From: Cyclobacteriaceae bacterium
GTDB lineage: Bacteria; Bacteroidota; Bacteroidia; Cytophagales; Cyclobacteriaceae
Reading direction: 5' to 3'
Assembly: GCA_049115695.1 (NCBI GenBank)
Contig: JAGDZR010000007.1
Span: 27,895-91,894 of the forward strand
Length of the DNA: 64,000 bases
Shown: one piece after another, positions 57,498 through 64,000 of the stretch
Layout of the letters: the number at the start of each line of letters is the position of its first letter
Position numbering within the stretch: the stretch's first letter is position 1
Translations under genes and position numbers: made by a program
The notes under the pieces: generated by a model
The model's database searches: none
The model's input: the letters and a program-made list of their open reading frames with translations, nothing else
What the model was told of the DNA's origin: nothing

Positions 57498-58706
57498 TTA
57501 ATTAGTTGAGGCAGTTGCGTCAGAAGAAACTGAAGCTGCTAGCTCAGTCTCTTTTTTGTTCTTGGTTTCAAGGTCAATGTCCTGATCCTCATTCTTGAAC
57601 ACCTTCATATTGTTGTAAGCTCCAATCAATGGTTCGCTTACCAAATCAACTCCTTCAGTCAAACCGCTGAATACCGCATCTTGCTCAGTCAATCGCACAA
57701 TATCAATCTCCTTTACTTTTAGCAATGTATCCTCCAACACGAAGACCTCATTTCCATTGTAAATCAAATTGCGCGGAATGACCATTCCATCCTTAATGAC
57801 TTGGGCAGGTATGGTTGCTTCCAAAAACTGGCCATCATAAAGTCGTTTGCTGGTTTGCTCAATCGCAATGTAAACGTCAACAGACTGAGTGCTCTGATTC
57901 ACAAAATCACTGATTCTTGTAACAACTCCGTTCCAACTAAGGCCTGATTCATCCGAAGTTATCTGCGCAGGTGCTCCTTCATTAATCCATGCAATATCTT
58001 TTGACTCAACGCTAACACGCAGTTCATGAACGCCTGCCCGGATGATTTTACCAATATTGGTACCTGGGTTCACAAATGCACCTGTCTCGAAATTAATTTG
58101 TGAAATACTGCCATCGAAGGGTGCATAGTAATTGTATTTCTTCAATCTTACTTCTGCACTTTTGATGTTGTAATAGTTACTGAAGATTCCCTTTGTGGCC
58201 AAAAATGTTCTGGCCTTGTCGTCTGTTACTTCAGGCAAAATTGGAAGGTCTTTATCAAGTTTGATGTTCTTGAAGTATCCATTCCAGGTCTCAAAATTTT
58301 CATCAAAGTCTAACTTCATATCCGGAAGGATAGCGGCTAGATCACGTAAGAAATTACTTTTTTGAGATTTTAGATTTAGTTCAGCCTCCGTATCATCAAT
58401 TCGGAACAACAATGTTCCCTTTTTAAAATTAGAGCCTTCCTTCAATCGAACTTTTCCTTGATACATCCTGCCAGCAACTTCAGATAGCAGGTCAAGTGAT
58501 TGTGCTGTTTCCACACGTCCAAATGCTCGCACTACAGTCTCCACATCCTGATAGGCCACAGGAACTGTTTTCACGTATTTCTTAGCTTCTGGCGGTTTTT
58601 TTGCTACTGGTTCTTCCTTAAAACTAGCTGCAAACTTGGCACCCAGCACAGATAGAGCAATGATTGCAATTGCCGAACCAAGAATAATAAATTGTCGCTT
58701 TTTCAT
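57498..58706 (-). CDS. RND efflux periplasmic adaptor (HlyD/MFP family)
   Basis: 402 aa with an N-terminal TM anchor and lipoyl/barrel-sandwich-like segments. It is the first gene of the efflux operon. Confidence 0.88.
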   Translation of the reverse strand: MKKRQFIILGSAIAIIALSVLGAKFAASFKEEPVAKKPPEAKKYVKTVPVAYQDVETVVRAFGRVETAQSLDLLSEVAGRMYQGKVRLKEGSNFKKGTLLFRIDDTEAELNLKSQKSNFLRDLAAILPDMKLDFDENFETWNGYFKNIKLDKDLPILPEVTDDKARTFLATKGIFSNYYNIKSAEVRLKKYNYYAPFDGSISQINFETGAFVNPGTNIGKIIRAGVHELRVSVESKDIAWINEGAPAQITSDESGLSWNGVVTRISDFVNQSTQSVDVYIAIEQTSKRLYDGQFLEATIPAQVIKDGMVIPRNLIYNGNEVFVLEDTLLKVKEIDIVRLTEQDAVFSGLTEGVDLVSEPLIGAYNNMKVFKNEDQDIDLETKNKKETELAASVSSDATASTN

Positions 58707-59006
58707 TGAGAGTTTTGATATTTCTTTTAATCAATAGCCACATTATGGCTAGTTACTTGAATGCATTTGACGAACAATTGTTACGAATTGTGACCAAAAA
58801 ATTGATAAATGGCAGAATATCATTATTAACTCTCCAAAAAGTACCAAATCCGGACATTCCGATGATTATTCTTAAATGACCCGCGAATTTAGTCATTCAA
58901 AGAACGAATACTTGCCATTGCTTCATAGAACAGTAAAATATTCTAATGACCAAGTCAAAACGCCGAATGAAGGGCGCATCAATAAACACATAGAAGACTT
59001 ATTGCT

Positions 59007-60281
59007 TCATAGCCTCCCAAAACGAATAAATCCAGCCTTCTCGAGACTCTCCCGATGATTTGGGTGAGCAATATCTATCATCAACCGTGTTCGCTCTTTC
59101 AGCGATTTTCCAAAAAGATTGGCAATACCATACTCTGTAACGATGTAGTGTACATGCGCCCTTGTCGTCACAACTCCGGCTCCATCTTTGAGCATCGGCA
59201 CTATTTTGGATACCCCTTTGTTGGTAGTTGATGTTAAAGCAATAATGGGTTTTCCTCCCTTAGAGTAAGAAGCTCCCCTTATAAAATCCATTTGCCCACC
59301 AACACCTGAAAAATGTTTAGTCCCAATTGAGTCAGCACATACTTGCCCTGTATAATCAATCTCAATGGCACTGTTAATTGAAGTCACTTTTGGATTTTGG
59401 CGAATGATGGCCACATCGTTGACATACTGAGCATCCATCATTAACACTCCAGGGTTTTCATGAATAAAATCATACAAGAGTTGAGACCCCAGGACAAAGG
59501 AGCTAACAATCTTTTCTCTATTTAACTTTTTATCCTCTCCGGTAATGACCCCTTTCTCAACCAAAGGAATCAGCCCATCTGAGAACATTTCTGTATGAAT
59601 TCCAAGTCTTTGGTGATCACTCAATGAAGCGAGTACCGCATTGGGTATGCTTCCAATTCCCATCTGAAGCGTTGCTCCATCCTCAACCAGAGAGGCTACA
59701 TATTTACCAATGCGAATTTCTTCATTACTAATTCCTGGAATAATGGCCTTGGGTATTTCGGATTTATGCTCAACCAAATAATCAAAATGATTGATATGAA
59801 CACAAGCATCCCCCATTGTCCTTGGCATATTCGGATTTACCTGTGCTATAACCACATCAGCTACTTCTACGGCAGCCAGGGAAGCATCAACAGACACTCC
59901 CAAAGAAGAGTATCCATGGGCGTCCGGTGGTGTAATCTGCACTAACGCAATGTTCAGTGGGAGCACTTTTTCACGCAACAATACCGGAACTTCACTTAGA
60001 AAAACCGGAATGTAATCTGCTCGATGCTCCTGAGTTGCCTTTCGCACATTCGCTCCAACAAAAAAAGATTTCAATCGAAAAATTCCCTCATATTCGGGTT
60101 TAACATATTCCGCTTTCGCTTCAGTATGGAGATGAACAATCTCAACACTCTTTAACTCATTACTTCGTGCAACAAGTGCATCCAATAATACTTCGGGGGC
60201 CGCAGCTGCTGTATGAACAAACACTCTATCACCAGATTTAACTATTGACAGGGCTTGATCTGCCGTTACTACTTTTGGCAT
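59007..60281 (-). CDS. acetyl-CoA hydrolase/transferase family protein (4-hydroxybutyrate/succinyl-CoA:acetate CoA-transferase-like)
   Basis: ATG at 60281 gives MPKVVTADQALSIVKSGDRV, the typical family N-terminus. GIGSIPNAV and GSQLLYDF regions are present. The track start at 60368 adds 29 atypical residues. Confidence 0.88.
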   Translation of the reverse strand: MPKVVTADQALSIVKSGDRVFVHTAAAAPEVLLDALVARSNELKSVEIVHLHTEAKAEYVKPEYEGIFRLKSFFVGANVRKATQEHRADYIPVFLSEVPVLLREKVLPLNIALVQITPPDAHGYSSLGVSVDASLAAVEVADVVIAQVNPNMPRTMGDACVHINHFDYLVEHKSEIPKAIIPGISNEEIRIGKYVASLVEDGATLQMGIGSIPNAVLASLSDHQRLGIHTEMFSDGLIPLVEKGVITGEDKKLNREKIVSSFVLGSQLLYDFIHENPGVLMMDAQYVNDVAIIRQNPKVTSINSAIEIDYTGQVCADSIGTKHFSGVGGQMDFIRGASYSKGGKPIIALTSTTNKGVSKIVPMLKDGAGVVTTRAHVHYIVTEYGIANLFGKSLKERTRLMIDIAHPNHRESLEKAGFIRFGRL

Positions 60282-60414
60282 CTTGTTTACTTGAATTTTG
60301 CTGTAAATTAATCCCGCATTTGAAGGGGTGAAATGACCTTTATCAAAGATTGATGAAAATATGCTCATCTACCCTATTCAATACGCGTACCCATCTTAAT
60401 CAATTATTGATCAA

Positions 60415-63400
60415 ATGAAAAAAATAACAACATTACTACTTTTAGGTCTGGTGATTTGCTCACTAAATAACCTTTCAGCCCAACGAAAAAAGAAGCCTGC
60501 CGTGGCAACTGTCAGCTTTGATCAAAACCTTTATAAAGGTCTTGAATGGCGCAGTATTGGACCACATAGAGGTGGCCGATCTGCAGCTGTAACTGGAGTG
60601 CCCGGCAAGCCCAACCTATACTACATGGGCGCTACGGGAGGTGGAGTATGGCGAACAAATGATGCGGGTAACTCGTGGGAAAACATCTCAGACGGATATT
60701 TTGGAGGCTCAATTGGAGCTGTTGCAGTAAGCAGCTGGGATCCCAATGTGATATATGTTGGAGGTGGAGAGGTGACTGTACGAGGCAATGTTTCCTATGG
60801 ATATGGCATGTGGAAGTCTGTCGATGCTGGTACCACCTGGCAGCAGATAGGACTAAAGAACTCCAAGCACATCCCGCGTGTAGTTATTCACCCGAAAAAT
60901 CCTGACCTGGTGTATGCAGCGGTCATGGGTGACCTTTATAAAAGCTCTACAGAGAGAGGTGTCTTTCGAAGCAAGGATGGTGGCAAATCATGGGAGAAGG
61001 TGCTATTTGCAAATGCTGATGCAGGAGCTGTTGAGCTGGTAATGGATCCCAACAATCCTAGAATCTTATACGCATCGACCTGGCGAATTAGAAGAACACC
61101 TTACAGCCTTGAAAGTGGTGGAGAAGGCTCGGCTCTATGGAAAAGTACAGATGCTGGTGATACCTGGACCAATATTTCCTCAAATGAAGGATTACCAAAG
61201 GGTCTATGGGGCATTTCGGGGGTGACTGTTTCACCACTCAACAGCAATAGAGTTTGGGCCATCATCGAAAACAAAGACGGAGGAGTTTACCGCTCAGATG
61301 ATGCAGGCAAGACCTGGAGACTAGTAAACAAAGAAAGAAAACTACGCCAACGTGCCTGGTACTATACGAAAATATATGCAGATAGTCAGGATGAAGATCG
61401 CGTCTATGTCATGAATGTACGTTATCATCGAAGTAAGGATGGCGGTAAAACATTCGAAACGTATAATGCTCCTCACGGAGATCATCACGACTTCTGGGTA
61501 GCTCCGGAAGACAATCAACGCATGATTATCGGCGATGATGGTGGAGCACAAATAAGTTTCGATGGTGGTGAAAATTGGTCTACCTATTACAATCAGCCTA
61601 CCATACAGTTCTATAGAGTTACAACGGATAATCATTTCCCATATAGAATATATGGTGCACAGCAGGACAATAGCACTTTGAGAATCAGCCACAGAACCGG
61701 CAATGGATTCATTGGTGAAAAAGACTGGGAATCAACCGCAGGTGGTGAAAGTGCACATATTGCGGTGGATCCGGAAGACAATGACATTGTGTATGGGGGA
61801 AGTTATGGCGGTTTCCTTACCAGGGTCAATCACAAAACGGGTGAAACCAGAGGTATTAATGTCTGGCCGGACAACCCAATGGGGCATGGTGCTGAAGGAA
61901 TGAAGTATAGATTTCAATGGAATTTTCCAATCTTCTTTTCTCCTCACAATCCAGACAGGCTTTACACTACTTCTCAGCATGTGCATGTGAGCACTGATGA
62001 AGGTCAGTCCTGGGAGATCATAAGTCCTGATCTTACTAGAAATGATGCCAGCAAACTAGTTTCGTCAGGTGGCCCAATCACCAAAGACAATACCGGTGTA
62101 GAGTATTACGCTACCATATTCGCAGCAACTGAAAGCTATCATGAAGAAGGTGTGATCTGGACAGGGTCCGATGATGGATTGATACATGTGACACGAGATG
62201 GTGGAGAAAACTGGTCTAATGTTACGCCAGCCGGTATGCCCGAGTGGATGATGATCAATTCTGTCGAGATTGATCCATTTAACAAAGGAGGGTTATATGT
62301 AGCTGGCACCCGATACAAACTTGGGGACAACCAGCCATATCTCTACAAAACAGAGGATTATGGTGCCTCCTGGAAAAGAATTACGAATGGCATCAGCAGC
62401 GACCATTTTACCAGGGTAGTACGTGCAGATCCGGAAAGAAAAGGGTTGTTGTATGCGGGTACAGAGACAGGTATGTATATTTCTTTTGACGATGGTGCTA
62501 GTTGGAAACCATTCCAGCAAAATCTTCCGATCGTACCGATTACTGACCTTACCATTAAAAATAACAACCTGATTGCAGCAACTCAGGGTCGAAGCTTTTG
62601 GATCATCGATGACTTGACAGTGCTGCATCAGCTAAACGATGAGGTTAAGAATAAATCGCATTATCTATTCAAACCAATGGACTCCTACCGACTTGGGGGT
62701 GGAAATGGACGAACATCAAAAACCGCAGGGACTGATCACCCAGGAGGCGCATTAGTTCACTACTTCATAAAGGATACGGCTGCCAGTGATACCATTTCAT
62801 TATCATTTCACGAGGCTGATGGAGATTTGATAAAGAAGTTCAGCACTCATCCCGACAAAAAAGAAAATGAGAGTGCGCTTAATGTCAAACCCGGTTTGAA
62901 TATGATCAATTGGAACATGCGATATGAGGGAGCTAAAGATTTTCCTGGCATGATTTTATGGTGGGCAACCACTCAGGGGCCTAAAGCTATTCCCGGTACG
63001 TATCAGGTAAAAATGAATGTAAACGGGCAAGAAACGCTGACGGATTTTGAACTCTTGAAAGACCCGAGAAGCAGTGCTACCCAGGCAGATCTTCAGGCGC
63101 AATTCGATTTCCTTATGAATGTTCGTGATAAGTTAACTGAAGCAAATCAGGCGGTGATTGATGTCAGAAAGGCAAGAACTCAGATCAAGGATGTAATGTC
63201 AAAAGCCGGAGATGATGCTACAGAAATACAAGAATTAGGCAAGGCAATCATGAAAGATATGAAAGTAATAGAGGAAGCACTCTATCAAACCAAAAATGAA
63301 AGCCGGCAAGATCCATTGAATTATCCAATCAGGCTGAACAACAAAGTTGGACACCTGGCTTCTCTTATGGGAATCGGAGATAATCGACCAACCGATCAGG

Positions 63401-63540
63401 CGGTAGCCTTTTACGAGGAAGTGTCTTCAGCAATAGACGAGCAAACAAAAGCACTGGATGAAATACTTGGAGATCGTATCGAAGAATTCAATCAAGCAGT
63501 ATACGAATCGAAAATAAAAGCCGTAAAACTTGAAGATTGA
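60415..63540 (+). CDS. secreted BNR/Asp-box repeat protein (sortilin-VPS10 / GH74-like double propeller)
   Basis: 1041 aa with a signal peptide. At least 11 Asp-box motifs are present, including NDAGNSW, VDAGTTW, SKDGGKSW, STDAGDTW, SDDAGKTW, SKDGGKTF, SFDGGENW, STDEGQSW, TRDGGENW, TEDYGASW and SFDDGASW. Confidence 0.85.
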   Translation: MKKITTLLLLGLVICSLNNLSAQRKKKPAVATVSFDQNLYKGLEWRSIGPHRGGRSAAVTGVPGKPNLYYMGATGGGVWRTNDAGNSWENISDGYFGGSIGAVAVSSWDPNVIYVGGGEVTVRGNVSYGYGMWKSVDAGTTWQQIGLKNSKHIPRVVIHPKNPDLVYAAVMGDLYKSSTERGVFRSKDGGKSWEKVLFANADAGAVELVMDPNNPRILYASTWRIRRTPYSLESGGEGSALWKSTDAGDTWTNISSNEGLPKGLWGISGVTVSPLNSNRVWAIIENKDGGVYRSDDAGKTWRLVNKERKLRQRAWYYTKIYADSQDEDRVYVMNVRYHRSKDGGKTFETYNAPHGDHHDFWVAPEDNQRMIIGDDGGAQISFDGGENWSTYYNQPTIQFYRVTTDNHFPYRIYGAQQDNSTLRISHRTGNGFIGEKDWESTAGGESAHIAVDPEDNDIVYGGSYGGFLTRVNHKTGETRGINVWPDNPMGHGAEGMKYRFQWNFPIFFSPHNPDRLYTTSQHVHVSTDEGQSWEIISPDLTRNDASKLVSSGGPITKDNTGVEYYATIFAATESYHEEGVIWTGSDDGLIHVTRDGGENWSNVTPAGMPEWMMINSVEIDPFNKGGLYVAGTRYKLGDNQPYLYKTEDYGASWKRITNGISSDHFTRVVRADPERKGLLYAGTETGMYISFDDGASWKPFQQNLPIVPITDLTIKNNNLIAATQGRSFWIIDDLTVLHQLNDEVKNKSHYLFKPMDSYRLGGGNGRTSKTAGTDHPGGALVHYFIKDTAASDTISLSFHEADGDLIKKFSTHPDKKENESALNVKPGLNMINWNMRYEGAKDFPGMILWWATTQGPKAIPGTYQVKMNVNGQETLTDFELLKDPRSSATQADLQAQFDFLMNVRDKLTEANQAVIDVRKARTQIKDVMSKAGDDATEIQELGKAIMKDMKVIEEALYQTKNESRQDPLNYPIRLNNKVGHLASLMGIGDNRPTDQAVAFYEEVSSAIDEQTKALDEILGDRIEEFNQAVYESKIKAVKLED

Positions 63541-63579
63541 TATAGGATATGCAATTTTGCGACACAAACAGCGTCGTAA

Positions 63580-64000
63580 ATGTACAATGTAATCATTGTG
63601 GGCGGAGGAATAGTGGGACTTGCCTCCGCCCTCAAATTAAAAGAGTCAAACCCTAAGCTTAAGATCGCAATTGTTGAAAAGGAAAAGGGTCTGGCTCAAC
63701 ATCAAACAGGACACAACTCCGGCGTGATCCATTCGGGATTATACTACAAACCCGGCAGCTACAAAGCAAAGAACTGTGTGGACGGCTACAATAAACTCAT
63801 TCGATTCTGCGATGAAGAGGAAATACCCTATGACCTCTGTGGCAAAATTGTAGTAGCAACCAGACAAGCTCAACTTCCTGCGCTACAGACGCTATACGAA
63901 CGAGGTGAGGCAAATGGTCTTAAGGGGATGAAGAAGCTCGTTGGTGATGAGCTCAAAGAGTACGAACCTTATATTCATGGCGTTCAAGGTCTTTTTGTTC
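63580..64000 (+). CDS. lhgO: L-2-hydroxyglutarate oxidase, N-terminal fragment (runs off the right edge)
   Basis: ATG at 63580. MYNVIIVGGGIVGLASALKL...HQTGHNSGVIHSGLYYKPGS closely parallels the N-terminus of E. coli LhgO. Open to position 64000. Confidence 0.85.
   Translation, partial: MYNVIIVGGGIVGLASALKLKESNPKLKIAIVEKEKGLAQHQTGHNSGVIHSGLYYKPGSYKAKNCVDGYNKLIRFCDEEEIPYDLCGKIVVATRQAQLPALQTLYERGEANGLKGMKKLVGDELKEYEPYIHGVQGLFV

Noticed and set aside
58876-59058. 60-aa plus-strand ORF in the RND upstream spacer.
   Set aside because: It overlaps the 3-prime end of the CoA-transferase gene, has no recognisable features, and is just at the length cutoff.
60282-60368. 29-residue N-terminal extension of the CoA-transferase from the track start.
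   Set aside because: The family N-terminus begins at MPKVVTADQALSIVKSGDRV. The extension has no counterpart I recognise and would leave only 46 bp for two divergent promoters.
1-64000. Scan for CRISPR arrays, IS elements, integrases, phage genes, rRNA/tRNA and known defence-system gene sets.
   Set aside because: No spaced direct-repeat arrays, no transposase, integrase or recombinase-like ORFs, and no helicase/nuclease defence-type clusters were seen. vapBC is the only toxin-antitoxin-type element.

Overview
This 64-kb window looks like a chromosomal, mostly housekeeping stretch of a Bacteroidota genome. The lineage call rests on gene content only and suggests a Cytophagia- or Flavobacteriia-like marine organism. 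Supporting content: a TonB-dependent receptor with a carboxypeptidase-regulatory domain, DUF4249 lipoproteins, PadR plus 800-aa FtsX/MacB-type permeases, a fused OtsA-OtsB, GH15, and a TPR/HisKA_2 kinase. About 50 protein-coding genes fill the window tightly. I found no rRNA, tRNA, CRISPR array, integrase, transposase or other mobile element. Confident calls include pckA, mgsA, etfBA, dnaB, truC, cinA, a 2-oxoacid dehydrogenase E2, a POT peptide transporter and a NupC nucleoside transporter. Further confident calls are an ABC-F ATPase, an RND efflux operon (MFP-RND-TolC), a trehalose synthesis/GH15 locus, PBP4, an NhaP antiporter, an RCK-gated K+ channel, a vapBC module and a partial lhgO. The best candidate for an uncharacterised system is a five-gene, translationally coupled outer-membrane operon at 23338-31456. 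It encodes a secreted 235-aa protein, an STN/CarboxypepD_reg TonB-dependent barrel, two tandem DUF4249-like lipoproteins with an extra Cys-containing C-terminal module, and an MG2-like 724-aa protein. Lower-priority observations: a PadR/prefix-domain FtsX permease pair with no ATPase, a vapBC-orphan ABC ATPase-small membrane protein unit, and an SSB-tail-like C-terminal extension on DnaB. Others are two DnaA boxes upstream of dnaB, a GPP34/GOLPH3-family protein, an SCP/calerythrin-like EF-hand protein, and several intergenic repeats and hairpins. All domain assignments come from motif recognition by eye. No database search was run.
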